Shown: positions 9,896 to 19,896 of the stretch, one piece after another | Numbering within the stretch: the stretch's first letter is position 1 | Layout: the number at the start of each line of letters is the position of its first letter | Assembly: GCA_963813815.1 (NCBI GenBank) | Contig: CAWFAD010000008.1 | Location: 175,208 to 239,207 of the forward strand | Direction of reading: 5' to 3' | Origin: an uncultured bacterium | Lineage (GTDB): Bacteria > Krumholzibacteriota > Krumholzibacteriia > Krumholzibacteriales > Krumholzibacteriaceae | DNA length: 64,000 nucleotides | Position numbers and translations under genes: made by a program | Notes under the pieces: model-generated | The model's database searches: none | The model's input: only the letters and a program-made list of their open reading frames with translations | Told to the model about the DNA's origin: nothing

Positions 9896-11163
9896 ACCTC
9901 CGTCCCGTTTTCCAGCGTGGCGCCCTTCGGCACGACGATGATGCCGCCGCGGATGTAGAAGCGTTCGGCGGGGTCGTCGTACGAGTCGAGCTTTTTTCTG
10001 TTCTCGAGGACGACGCCGTCGCCGATGCGGGCGTTCTTGTCGACGATGGCGCGCCGTATCCGGCAACGCTCGCCGATCCCGAGCGGCACCTTCCCCTTCG
10101 CCTCCCACGGCAGCTCGTAGAGGTCGGACCCCATCACGATCGCGTCGGAGATCCGCGTGCCGGCGCCGACCCGCGTCCGGACGCCGATGATCGAGCGGCG
10201 GATCACGGCGCTCTCGATGATGGCCCCGCCCCCGAGGATGGAGCGCTCGATCGTGCCGCGGTTCACCTTGGGGCCCGGCAGCGAGCGGCAGTGCGTGTAG
10301 AGGGGATGGTGCTCGTCGAAGAGGTTGTAGGGCGGAAGCGGCTCGAGGAGATCCATGTGCGCCTCGTAGAACGTGCGGATCGTCCCGATGTCCTCCCAGT
10401 AGCCGTCGAAGAGGTAGGCGCGCACGTCGAGGGAGGGGAGCGCGTGGGGAATGATCTCCTTCGCGAAATCGATGAGCCGCTGCTCGCGCTCGAGCACGTC
10501 GCGCAGGACGTCGAACTTGAAAAGATAGACGCCCATCGATCCGAGGTAGGGCCGCCGCTTCGCCTCGGCCGCGGAGAGCCCGAGGGTGCGCGTGTTCGTG
10601 CGCATCTCCGCGAGAAACTTCCCGCGGGGCTTCTCGTGAAACTCGGTGATCTTTCCCTTCCCGTCCGCCCGCAGCACGCCGAGCTCGTGGGCGCGCGAGG
10701 TCGGGACGGGCTTCACCGCGATCGTGATGTCGGAGCCGAGGAACCGGTGGCGCGCGAGAAAATCGACGTAGTCCATCCGGTACAGGTGGTCCCCCGACAG
10801 GATGAGCACTTCCCGCGGCCCGTGCGTCGCGACATGCGGCAGCACCTTCCGCACGGCGTCGGCCGTCCCCTGGAACCAGTCGATCGAGGAGGGCGTCTGC
10901 TCCGCGGCGAAGATCTCGACGAAGCCGCCGCTGAAGATGTCGAAACGGTACGTCCGCGAGATGTGCTGGTTGAGGGAGGCCGAGTTGTACTGCGTGAGCA
11001 CGTAGATGCGGTCGATCCCCGAGTTGATGCAGTTCGAGATCGTGACGTCGACGAGCCGGTAGCTCCCCGCGAGCGGCACGGCCGGCTTCGAGCGCATCCG
11101 GGTGAGCGGAAAGAGCCGCGTGCCTCTTCCGCCGCCGAGTATGAGGGCGATCACGTCGCGCAT
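9892..11163 (-). CDS. glgC: Glucose-1-phosphate adenylyltransferase
   Basis: GGGRGTRLFPLT, KPAVPLAG, WFQGTADAV, LSGDHLYRMDY, FHEKP, YWEDIGTI. Confidence 0.96.
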   Translation of the reverse strand: MRDVIALILGGGRGTRLFPLTRMRSKPAVPLAGSYRLVDVTISNCINSGIDRIYVLTQYNSASLNQHISRTYRFDIFSGGFVEIFAAEQTPSSIDWFQGTADAVRKVLPHVATHGPREVLILSGDHLYRMDYVDFLARHRFLGSDITIAVKPVPTSRAHELGVLRADGKGKITEFHEKPRGKFLAEMRTNTRTLGLSAAEAKRRPYLGSMGVYLFKFDVLRDVLEREQRLIDFAKEIIPHALPSLDVRAYLFDGYWEDIGTIRTFYEAHMDLLEPLPPYNLFDEHHPLYTHCRSLPGPKVNRGTIERSILGGGAIIESAVIRRSIIGVRTRVGAGTRISDAIVMGSDLYELPWEAKGKVPLGIGERCRIRRAIVDKNARIGDGVVLENRKKLDSYDDPAERFYIRGGIIVVPKGATLENGTEV

Positions 11164-11218
11164 GAGGGCTCCCTCGCGGACCCCGCGGCGCCTCGCGGCG
11201 CCGCGGTCCGTCCGCCGG

Positions 11219-12637
11219 TCACTGCTGTTCGAGCTCGATCACGTTCACCGCTCCGAAGTCCGAGAGCGGCCGGTCGAAGAGCTCCGCGTTTCCCACGAAG
11301 AGCATCGTAAGCCTGTCGGGCGCGAGGTACTTCTCCGCCGCGGCCTTGATGTCGGCCGCGGTGAGCTTCGCGTACGTATCGAGATCGAGCTTCGGCGTGT
11401 CGAGCGGCCGGCCCTCGAAACGGAGAGTCACGAGCCGCATCATGACTTGAACCTTCGACTCGTAATCGAACACCTGGCCGTTGACGTAGAAATCGACGGC
11501 CTTCTCGACCTCGTCCTCGCTCGGCCCCTGCTCCCGCATCCGCTTCATGAGATCGATCATGATCCGCGTCGCGCGGCTGCACGCGTCCCCCTTCGTCTGG
11601 GCGGAGGCGGCGAAGGTCCCCTTCGCGAACGCGTCGGCCGAGTATCGCGATCCAGCGTGGTACGCGAGCCCCTCGTCGCTACGCACCTTTTCGGTGATCC
11701 AGGAGGTGAAGCTCCCGCCGCCGAGAACGAAGTTCATGATGTTGACGGCGCAGCGGTCCGGATTCTTCGCGTTGATGCCCTCGTGCCCGAGGGTGACGTA
11801 CGCCTGATTGATGTCCATGTAGGCGTAGTTGACGCTCGAGGCCGGCGTCGCGGCGACGTCGGGAACGCCCGGGATCGAAACATTCGCCCCTGCCCAGCCG
11901 GCGAACGCCGTCTCGAGGGCCGCGACGATCTCCTCCCGCGTCACGTCCCCGCTCACGCCGATAATGGCGTTCGCGGGATGGAAGTAGGTCTCGTGGAATT
12001 TCACGAGATCGGCGCGGGAGATCGCGTTCACCGACGCCGTGCCGTACTCCCAGCCGTACGGATGCTCCCCGTACACGAGCTTCGCGAACTCGCGCCGCGA
12101 GACGGCGTTGGGCTCGTCGTTCTTCCGGCGGATTTCCTCGAGCAGGGTCTTGCGTTTCATCTCGATTTTGTCCTCGGGAAACGCCGGGTTCATGACGAGA
12201 TCGGCGAAGATCCCGAGAACCCGCGGCAGATCCTTCTTCATGCAGGTGAACGAGATCTGCGTGTTGAGCGGGGCGCCGCGCACTTCGACGAAGGCCGCGA
12301 GAAACTCGAGCTCGTCGTTGAGCTTGTCGGCGGGCCAGGCGGCGCTGCCGCCGTTGCGCATGACCCACCGCGCCATCTCGTCGAGCCCGCAGACGCCGCG
12401 ATCGGCGAAGTACGTTTTGACGAGAAGCACGCCGCTCACGACGGGGATCTCGTGATCCTCGACGAAGAAGCCGGCGAGACCGTTCGAGAGCGCTATCTCG
12501 ACCGTCTCCGGCGTCTTGACCGAGAGCGGCGCGTAGACGAGCTTGCTCGGGTGCGGGCGCTTGCCCGCCTCAGCGAGCGAGGCGAACGAGACCGCGAGGA
12601 CCGCGGCCAGAACGACGATCAAGGCTTTGCTGCGCAT
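11219..12637 (-). CDS. M16 family peptidase, non-catalytic subunit (exported)
   Basis: LSNGL...EDHEIPVV, LGGGSFTSWITEKVRSDEGLAY; no HxxEH; signal peptide. Confidence 0.88.
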   Translation of the reverse strand: MRSKALIVVLAAVLAVSFASLAEAGKRPHPSKLVYAPLSVKTPETVEIALSNGLAGFFVEDHEIPVVSGVLLVKTYFADRGVCGLDEMARWVMRNGGSAAWPADKLNDELEFLAAFVEVRGAPLNTQISFTCMKKDLPRVLGIFADLVMNPAFPEDKIEMKRKTLLEEIRRKNDEPNAVSRREFAKLVYGEHPYGWEYGTASVNAISRADLVKFHETYFHPANAIIGVSGDVTREEIVAALETAFAGWAGANVSIPGVPDVAATPASSVNYAYMDINQAYVTLGHEGINAKNPDRCAVNIMNFVLGGGSFTSWITEKVRSDEGLAYHAGSRYSADAFAKGTFAASAQTKGDACSRATRIMIDLMKRMREQGPSEDEVEKAVDFYVNGQVFDYESKVQVMMRLVTLRFEGRPLDTPKLDLDTYAKLTAADIKAAAEKYLAPDRLTMLFVGNAELFDRPLSDFGAVNVIELEQQ

Positions 12638-12649
12638 CGCACCTCTCCT

Positions 12650-14530
12650 TTACTTCTTCGTGGCGGCCTTCGCGCGCTCCCAGAGCTCTTTGCCGAGCTC
12701 TTTGCGCTCGGCGTCGGTCTTGAGACTCTGGAACTTCTGGAATATCGCGACCTGCTCCTCCTGCGGGAGCGTCTGGATGTACTGCATGAGCGCCTTCTCG
12801 TCGATCTGCTCCTCGCCCCCCGCCCCTTCCCGCTGCTCGACCTGAACGCGGTAGGCGACCGTGCGGTTCTTCGCCGTGAGGTATTCTCGCGCGACCCGCA
12901 TGACGTCCTCGGCCGTCACCTGCTTCGCGCGCTCGAGGATGCGGAAGTTGGCGCGGTAGTCGCCGTAGAAAAGCCGTCCGAACCCGGCGGTGAAGGCGAT
13001 CCCGAGGTTCGATCCGAGCTGGCGGATGAGCGCCGCGTCGATCTGATTCTTGACTCTCTCGAGCTCCCGAGCCGTCACGGGCTCGCTCTTGAGCCGCTCG
13101 ATCTCAGCGAGCAGCGCCGCCTCGACCTCCTCGAGCGTGTGCGGGTTGCGCGGCAGGGCCTCGATCACCATGAGGTTGTCGTACCGGGAGCCCGGCCCGT
13201 CGTAAACGTTCGGCTCCTCGGCCAGAAGCTGCTGCTTCTCGAACACCGTCTGGTAGAAACGGGAGGTGCGTCCGTTCGCGAGAACGTTCTCGATCACGTC
13301 GAACGCCGCGGCGTCGGGATCGGGGTAGATGGGCTTGTGATATCCGATCATGAGCTTCGGATTGGCCGTGTGCTCGAGGACGATCCGCCGCTCCCCCTTC
13401 TGTTCGGGCTCGATCGTTTCGACGCGGGGCGGCTCGGCGCCGCGCGGGATCGATCCGAAATATTTCTCCGCGAGCTTCTTCACCTCGCCGACCGTGACGT
13501 CTCCGACCACGATGGCGATGGCGTTGTTCGGCGTGTAGTAGAGATCGTGATAGCGGATGAGCTCCTCGCGATCGATCGTGCGCAGGTCGCTCATCCAGCC
13601 GACGACCGGCCAACGGTAGGGATGCGCGGTGAATGCGGCCGCGTAGAACGCCTCGCCGAGCTCGTTGTCGGGATCGTTCTCGCCGAGCCGCCGCTCCTCC
13701 ATGATCACGTCGCGCTCCGACCAGAACTCCCTGAACACCGGCGATTCCATGCGGTCGGACTCGAGGTTCATGAAGAGCTCGAGGCGGTTCGCCGGAAGAT
13801 ACTCGATGTACACGGTGAAATCGTTCGACGTGAACGCGTTGAGAAAGCGCGAGCCGTTGTTCATGAACTGGCCCCAGAGCTCGTCCTTCACGAGGTACTG
13901 GCGCTGCTCGTCGAGGAGGCGCGAAATGTCCCCCCAGGCGGTTTCGTACTCGAGGTACTTCTCGAGGTAGTCGACGCCCCCGTCCTCGACGAGATACGGG
14001 ACCGATGCGACGGAGTCGGGAAGCGGCTTCATCGCGCGGATCTTCGCGACGAGCAGCTTCTGCTGCTCGGGCTTGTTCGCGCCGATCGCCGTTTTCTCCT
14101 CCTCGGTGAAGGCGTTCAGAACCTGCTTCGCGAGCTCGCTGAAGCGCTCGAACCGCCATTCGCCCATTTCCTTGCGGAGCCGGATCGTGCGCCCGCCGAG
14201 CTCGTCCGTCTCGCGCAGGTAGGGCAGCTCCTTCTTGTAGTTCTTGGTCCCCATCATCTCGGTGCCCTTGAACATCATGTGCTCGAGCATGTGCGAGATG
14301 CCGGTGATGTTGGGCCACTCGTTCGCCGCGCCGGCGTCGTACGCGATCGCGCAGAAAACGACCGGCGCCGCGCTGCGCTCGACGACGACCCACGTCATGC
14401 CGTTCCGGAGCTCGAACTCCTTGATCTTCTCCTCGAGAGTCTGCGCCGCGAGCGGCCCGGCCGCGATGACGGCCGCCGCCACCGCGACGGCCACCGCGCG
14501 GAGAAACGACGTTCCCTTCCGTCCGTGCAT
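12650..14530 (-). CDS. M16 family zinc peptidase, catalytic subunit (exported)
   Basis: GISHMLEHMMFKGT (HxxEH), NAFTS, ERDVIMEERR, HPYRWPVVGW. Confidence 0.92.
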   Translation of the reverse strand: MHGRKGTSFLRAVAVAVAAAVIAAGPLAAQTLEEKIKEFELRNGMTWVVVERSAAPVVFCAIAYDAGAANEWPNITGISHMLEHMMFKGTEMMGTKNYKKELPYLRETDELGGRTIRLRKEMGEWRFERFSELAKQVLNAFTEEEKTAIGANKPEQQKLLVAKIRAMKPLPDSVASVPYLVEDGGVDYLEKYLEYETAWGDISRLLDEQRQYLVKDELWGQFMNNGSRFLNAFTSNDFTVYIEYLPANRLELFMNLESDRMESPVFREFWSERDVIMEERRLGENDPDNELGEAFYAAAFTAHPYRWPVVGWMSDLRTIDREELIRYHDLYYTPNNAIAIVVGDVTVGEVKKLAEKYFGSIPRGAEPPRVETIEPEQKGERRIVLEHTANPKLMIGYHKPIYPDPDAAAFDVIENVLANGRTSRFYQTVFEKQQLLAEEPNVYDGPGSRYDNLMVIEALPRNPHTLEEVEAALLAEIERLKSEPVTARELERVKNQIDAALIRQLGSNLGIAFTAGFGRLFYGDYRANFRILERAKQVTAEDVMRVAREYLTAKNRTVAYRVQVEQREGAGGEEQIDEKALMQYIQTLPQEEQVAIFQKFQSLKTDAERKELGKELWERAKAATKK

Positions 14531-14766
14531 ACCGCCTCCCTTCGAAATGGATCTCGTGGTGAGGCCCGGCCGGGCCGGGCGAATGCCGGCCCCCGCCGGA
14601 GCCCCGTCATCCTACTATAAAGGAAGCGCGAAGTGAAGGGGGGAAGCTTCCCCGGGAACCTTCTCGCGGCTTGCTACCCGCGCGCCCCTGTGCTACCCTT
14701 CCCGCGCCGATCACCCGCCGACCGTGAGGGTGCGAGTCCGCTTCCTGAGCCGATACGAGGTGACCC

Positions 14767-17760
14767 ATGAGGTTGTGCCGGCTGAAACATATCATTCGCG
14801 CGACGCTGGTCTTTTCGATCGTTTCGGCCTTCGCGGCCCGGCCCTCGGGGTCCCAGGCCCTCGCCGACGGCGAAGCGCCCTACTGGCAGCAGGGGGCCGA
14901 CTACACGATCGAGGCCTCGCTCGACACGAGGGATCACCTCCTCGCGGGCACCGAGATCGTCTCCTACACGAACAACTCCCCCGACACGCTGCGCGAGTTT
15001 TACCTCCACCTCTACGCGAACGCGTTCCGGGACAAGACCTCCCAGCTCATCCGCGACTACCTTCAGGGGACGCTCTACTTCTTCGTCGGGCTCCCCGAGT
15101 CGATGCGCGGCTGGATCGACGTCTCGGATCTCGCCGTGAACGGCCGCGCGGTCGAGTTTACGGTCGACGGCACGATTCTCGCGAGCGACTTCCCGAAGCC
15201 CCTCCTCCCCGGCGAGACGGCCGTCATCACGCTCTCGTTCCGCGAAAAGATCATGCGGCGCCTCGGCCGGATGGGATGGGCGGGCGAGCACTACGACATG
15301 GCGCAGTGGTATCCGAAGATGGCGGTCTACGACGGCGACGGCTGGCACCCCGATCAGTACCGCATGGGCGAGTTCTACGGCGAGTTCGGAACGTTCGACG
15401 TCAGCGTCACGCTCCCCGAGAAGTACGTCGTCGCGGCGACGGGGCTTCCGGTCTCGGGAGACCCGGGCTGGACGAAGAACGCGCCCCGGCCCGAAGCGGC
15501 GGGCGGAGGGGGCGGCGGCCATCCGGGCGGACGGCCGTCAGGTGACGCCGCGAGCGGCGAGGCCGCACCCGCGACGAAAACCGTGCGCTTTCGCGCCGAG
15601 AGGGTTCACGATTTCGCCTGGTGCGCGAATCCTTCGTTCGTCGTGCAGGATTCGACGGTGAGCGGGGTCCGCGTCATGAGCTTCTTCCGTCCGTGGAACC
15701 GTCCCTGGGCCGACTCCACGCTCGCGCAGGGGATCCGCGCGGTCCGCTGGCTCGAAGGGGTCGCGGGACCCTTCCCGTACCCCCAGATCAGCATCGTCGA
15801 CTCGCCGACGCGGGGCGGCATGGAGTATCCGATGCTCGTCATGAACGGCTACGTCGACGACGGCCTCGTGCTCCACGAGCTCGCGCACATCTATTTCTAC
15901 GGAGCGCTCGGGAACGACGAGCGCGCCGAGGCGTGGCTCGACGAGGGGCTCGCCCAGTACAGCGTCTTCTGGCGCGCGGAAGAGGCATACGGCCCCTACG
16001 GTCCGCCCTCGGAGCGCCCCTGGCCCTTTTCGCTCTTCCGCGAGCGGCGGATGTGGGACGACATCGAGCGCCCCGTCGTGAAGCTCCACCGCACCGGCTT
16101 CGCCGAGCGCATCGCCACTCCCGCGCACGAGTTCAAAAACGGCTTCAGCACGATGCCCTATATCGGCGCGCCGCTCTTCCTGCGGGCGCTCCGTTACACC
16201 GTCGGCGACGAGAATTTCCGCGAGATCGTCTCGACCTACGTCGACCGCTGGAAGTTCAAGCACGTCGACGAGGAGGCCTTCCGCTCGGTGTGCGAGGAAG
16301 TCTCCGGGATGGACCTCAAGGAGCTCTTCCGCCAGTGGCTCCACACGACCAAGTCCTGCGATTACCGGCTCGCGCGCTTCAGGACGAAGCGGACCAAGGA
16401 CGGCTGGAGCGCGGATCTCAGGATCGACCGCAAGGGCGAGCTCATGATGCCGGTCACCCTCGCCGTGCGGCTCGCCGACGGCAACACCGTCACGGAGCGG
16501 TTCGACGGCGTCTCCCGCACGATCACGGACACCCTCCGCTTCGAATCGAAGCCCGTCCGGGCCTCGATCAATCCCGACAACGAGATCCTCGACGTCTACC
16601 GGCTCGACAACGTCTCGCCGCGGCGGCGGCATTTCACGCTCCTCGACGTGCCGTTCAACCGGTACTACCCGCCCGACGCCTTCTCGTACCGCTTCCTGCC
16701 GGTCGGGTACTACAACGACGTCGACGGGGGAAAAGCGGGGCTCCGCATGCGCGGGAGCTTCGACGACACGTACCGGAAATTCACGCTTCAGGGGCTCTAC
16801 GGCTTCGAGAGCGGCGTCGCCGACGTCTACGGATCGTACCGGCACCCGATAGGCTACCTCGGGCGGGACGCGGTCGTCTCCGGCGAGGCGTTCATCCGCG
16901 AGGGGCGGCAGGGCGCGTCGCTCGAGCTCTCGAAGATCCGCCGCAAGTCCCTCTACGATCCGTTCGCCCACACGATCACCCTCGGGCTCTCCTATCACGA
17001 GCTCACGGACGAGGAGTACGTCCGCCCGTTCACGTACGAGAAGGGGATGAACTTCAAGGGGAAGATCGCCCTCGCGTTCGAACCCGAGACCGACATCTTC
17101 GCCTCGCGGCTCTCCTTCTCGCTCGAGCGCACGCTCTGGGGGAGCGACTTCGACACGGAGAAGCTCAACGTCTCGCTCGCGCTCTCGCCGGGGCTCCGGT
17201 CGGATTTTCTCCCGGTGAAGCCGCACCTGCGCTTCTTCCTCGGGCGCGCGATGAACGACGCGCCGGTGCAGGAGCGCTTTCAGCTCGCCGGCGCCGGCAC
17301 GCTCGCGAAGGAGAACCGCTTCTGGCTCCGCAGCGTCGGCGCGTGGCCGGCCGACTACTACGGCAACTTTCACGTGCCGGGGGACGCGAACCTGCGCGGC
17401 TACTTCGACGGCACGTTCGCCTTCAAGCAGATCTTCTCGTCGAACGTCGAGCTCGAGCTTCCGTTTCCCATCCTGCTCCCGCTCAGCCGCCCGCTCGCGC
17501 GCGCGCTCGACCGCAAGCTCTACCTTTTCTTCGACTGGGGAAAGGTCCTGGACGCGCGGCCGCTCGAGGGTCTCGCGCCGTGGGAGCGGAGCGCATTCGA
17601 CGAGAACTACTTCGACGGGATCCTGCTCGACTCGGGCGTCGGCGTGAGCATCTGGAAGCTGACGGCGGAGTTTCCGCTCTACCTGAGCCACCCCGCGCTC
17701 GTCGGGCAGGACGAGAAATGGGATCTGCGCTGGACGATCGGCTTCGAGCGCCTCTTCTGA
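14767..17760 (+). CDS. M1 family metallopeptidase with C-terminal predicted beta-barrel
   Basis: YWQQGADYTI, QWYPKMAVYD, GGMEYP, HELAH...WLDEG; alternating beta pattern ending GFERLF. Confidence 0.88.
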   Translation: MRLCRLKHIIRATLVFSIVSAFAARPSGSQALADGEAPYWQQGADYTIEASLDTRDHLLAGTEIVSYTNNSPDTLREFYLHLYANAFRDKTSQLIRDYLQGTLYFFVGLPESMRGWIDVSDLAVNGRAVEFTVDGTILASDFPKPLLPGETAVITLSFREKIMRRLGRMGWAGEHYDMAQWYPKMAVYDGDGWHPDQYRMGEFYGEFGTFDVSVTLPEKYVVAATGLPVSGDPGWTKNAPRPEAAGGGGGGHPGGRPSGDAASGEAAPATKTVRFRAERVHDFAWCANPSFVVQDSTVSGVRVMSFFRPWNRPWADSTLAQGIRAVRWLEGVAGPFPYPQISIVDSPTRGGMEYPMLVMNGYVDDGLVLHELAHIYFYGALGNDERAEAWLDEGLAQYSVFWRAEEAYGPYGPPSERPWPFSLFRERRMWDDIERPVVKLHRTGFAERIATPAHEFKNGFSTMPYIGAPLFLRALRYTVGDENFREIVSTYVDRWKFKHVDEEAFRSVCEEVSGMDLKELFRQWLHTTKSCDYRLARFRTKRTKDGWSADLRIDRKGELMMPVTLAVRLADGNTVTERFDGVSRTITDTLRFESKPVRASINPDNEILDVYRLDNVSPRRRHFTLLDVPFNRYYPPDAFSYRFLPVGYYNDVDGGKAGLRMRGSFDDTYRKFTLQGLYGFESGVADVYGSYRHPIGYLGRDAVVSGEAFIREGRQGASLELSKIRRKSLYDPFAHTITLGLSYHELTDEEYVRPFTYEKGMNFKGKIALAFEPETDIFASRLSFSLERTLWGSDFDTEKLNVSLALSPGLRSDFLPVKPHLRFFLGRAMNDAPVQERFQLAGAGTLAKENRFWLRSVGAWPADYYGNFHVPGDANLRGYFDGTFAFKQIFSSNVELELPFPILLPLSRPLARALDRKLYLFFDWGKVLDARPLEGLAPWERSAFDENYFDGILLDSGVGVSIWKLTAEFPLYLSHPALVGQDEKWDLRWTIGFERLF

Positions 17761-17765
17761 GCGGG

Positions 17766-17791
17766 CCGGCCGCCGCCTCGCCGGCGGCCGG
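17766..17791. terminator. GC hairpin between convergent genes
   Basis: CCGGCCGCCG-6 nt-CGGCGGCCGG. Confidence 0.5.
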
Positions 17792-17793
17792 GG

Positions 17794-17825
17794 CTACTTG
17801 ATCGCCCCGCTACTTGATCGCCCCG
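17794..17825. repeat. 16-bp tandem duplication covering the pckA stop codon
   Basis: CTACTTGATCGCCCCG at 17794-17809 and 17810-17825. Confidence 0.9.
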
Positions 17826-19753
17826 GCGATCGCCGGATCGAGATCGGCGAATTTCGAGAGCCACGCGATCCGCTCGGCGCGCAGCGACTCCCGGAGCGCG
17901 GCGAGATCTTCGCCCGTGTAGAAGCGGCGCTCGTCGTAGCGGGCGAGATCGAGCCCCGGAATCGCCGCCGGCACCTCGTACCCCCAGTACTCGTCGCGCT
18001 TCCACGCGACCCCCGCCCGGCTGATCTCGCGTATGACGGCCGCCGAATCCTGAATCCGTATCTTCTGCCCCGAGAGCACGGCGATCTCGACGAGCTGCAT
18101 GCCCGCGCCGCCCTCCGTCCCGGCCTCGAGCGAGGCGAGAAGGGCCTTGAGATCGTTTTTCGCCCGCACGCGCCCGCTCTTCCCCGAGACCTCGTAGCGC
18201 ACGGACGCGACCTTGAACTTCATCTTCTCGCCGTCCGGCAGCGCGTGCTCGACGGTCGCCCCGGTGTCGGGGTGCTTCGCGCCGTCGACGAACCGGCGGA
18301 GCTTCTCGCGCGCCCCGGGCGCATCGAGGGGCTCGGCGCTCCGCTCGATCGTCCGCCCGCCGAAGCCGCCGGTGTTGAGCAGGAAGCACTGCGCGTTCGG
18401 GTTCTTCTTGAGAATCCGGTAGAAGAGGTTCCCCTCCTCCCCTTCCGAGCCGACGATGAAGGGGTTCGTGCCGACCTCGCGGACCGACTGGCCGGCCTTC
18501 GTCGGATCGGCGGCGGAGGTGATGATCGACTCGCCGAGCATGAAGAACGCCGCGGCCTGCTCGGCGTTGAGCCGCGCCGCCGGCGGCACGATCGTCTCGC
18601 GCCGCGTGATGAAGAAGACGAGGTCGACGCGGACGAGATCGATCTCGGCGTCGGTGAAATCGAGCTCCCGCCGCACGACGATGCCGCGGCCGTTGAGACA
18701 CTGGCCGCCCGAGCCGAAGGGATGGTCGTAGCGGAAGAAATCGACCTCGAGCGTTTTCGGGTCGACGAAAACGTTCTCGAGCACGGCCGAGGGGCTCACG
18801 GCCCCGGTGTAGAGGAGCGGCTGACCCTCGGGCTCGAGACCCTCGGTCTTGATGTACGCGTTGTCCTCGGTGCCGTACGCGGCGCCGCTCTCGGCGAGAA
18901 CGAAGAAATCGTCCTGCCGGATGACGACGCTCTCCCCCTTCGCGGGATCGAGCCAGAAATGGTGGACGGAGAGCGTGGTCTTGCCGGTGCCGCTCAGGCC
19001 GAAGAAGATCGCTCCCTTGTCCGCGACCTCGTTCGTCCTCCCGTCGAGCGCGCGGATCACCTTGCCGCCGGCGTGCACGCCGAGCCCGCCGCCCGCGCCC
19101 GCGATGAGACGCCGCTTCTCCGCGTACATCGCCATCCGCAGGTGCCCCTTCTTCACCTCGCCGAAGTAGTCGGTCCCGAGCACGTACGTCACGCGCCCCG
19201 TCGCGTCGCAGAAGATGGCGCGCGGATCGAGGCCGAGGCGTTTGGCGACCTCTCCCCACTCCGGCACCATGACGAGCGTCTGATCCGGCTCTCCCTCTTC
19301 CCGCCCCGCGGGAAGGTCGAAGATGAGCTTGTTCCACATCACGAGGAGCCGCGCGTACGGCTTCGTGACGATCGTGCGGCAATGGTGGCTGTGCTTCGGG
19401 TGGAGCCCCATCTGCTTGTCCATGACGAGAAGCTCGACGCCGGAGCCCGCGAGATACTCCGCCGCCGCCTCGATCATTTTTCTCTGACGCTCGTTCGGCT
19501 CGCCGAAGAACACCTCGGTGACGGCCGCCGAGCGGTTCGTCACGCGGGAAATGAAGGCGGGATTGCGGTACTTGGTGAGCACGTCGGAGGTGCCGCGGGA
19601 GCCGATCGTCGTCGCGTCCCTCAGGGCGAGGTCGTTGATCGTCTCGCGAGAGCGGACGAGCCTGCCCCCGTCGCGCGCGGTTTTGGTGATCGTGGCCGCG
19701 AGCTCTCTCGCCGGCGTGGATACAAAATCGCCCGGTGCCTTGTCTTTGCCCAT
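17810..19753 (-). CDS. pckA: Phosphoenolpyruvate carboxykinase (ATP)
   Basis: GTDYFGEVKKG, GVHAG, FFGLSGTGKTTLS, QDD, GTEDNAYIKT, NGR, LLNTGG. Confidence 0.88.
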   Translation of the reverse strand: MGKDKAPGDFVSTPARELAATITKTARDGGRLVRSRETINDLALRDATTIGSRGTSDVLTKYRNPAFISRVTNRSAAVTEVFFGEPNERQRKMIEAAAEYLAGSGVELLVMDKQMGLHPKHSHHCRTIVTKPYARLLVMWNKLIFDLPAGREEGEPDQTLVMVPEWGEVAKRLGLDPRAIFCDATGRVTYVLGTDYFGEVKKGHLRMAMYAEKRRLIAGAGGGLGVHAGGKVIRALDGRTNEVADKGAIFFGLSGTGKTTLSVHHFWLDPAKGESVVIRQDDFFVLAESGAAYGTEDNAYIKTEGLEPEGQPLLYTGAVSPSAVLENVFVDPKTLEVDFFRYDHPFGSGGQCLNGRGIVVRRELDFTDAEIDLVRVDLVFFITRRETIVPPAARLNAEQAAAFFMLGESIITSAADPTKAGQSVREVGTNPFIVGSEGEEGNLFYRILKKNPNAQCFLLNTGGFGGRTIERSAEPLDAPGAREKLRRFVDGAKHPDTGATVEHALPDGEKMKFKVASVRYEVSGKSGRVRAKNDLKALLASLEAGTEGGAGMQLVEIAVLSGQKIRIQDSAAVIREISRAGVAWKRDEYWGYEVPAAIPGLDLARYDERRFYTGEDLAALRESLRAERIAWLSKFADLDPAIAGAIK

Positions 19754-19818
19754 ACGGCGGATCCCGTTCCCTTCCTGTGTCAGTGCCGAACCACGAGCCA
19801 GAAGCGATGTTCCAGCAG

Positions 19819-19847
19819 AATGTATGGCTTTTCGGGGGTTTTGTCAA
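19819..19847 (-). promoter_or_regulatory. sigma70-type promoter of pckA
   Basis: Minus strand TTGACA-17 nt-TACATT. Confidence 0.65.
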
Positions 19848-19896
19848 AAGCGGAGAGGCGCGGGGCGCCCCGGGGCGCCCCGCCATGCCCGCGATG

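Noticed and set aside
11102..14620. Very long antisense or alternate-frame ORFs (e.g. 1172 aa here; also 5783-7696, 15538-17691, 17798-19900, 43643-45565)
   Set aside because: Shadows of real genes caused by high GC and stop-codon scarcity; Arg/Pro-rich with no motifs
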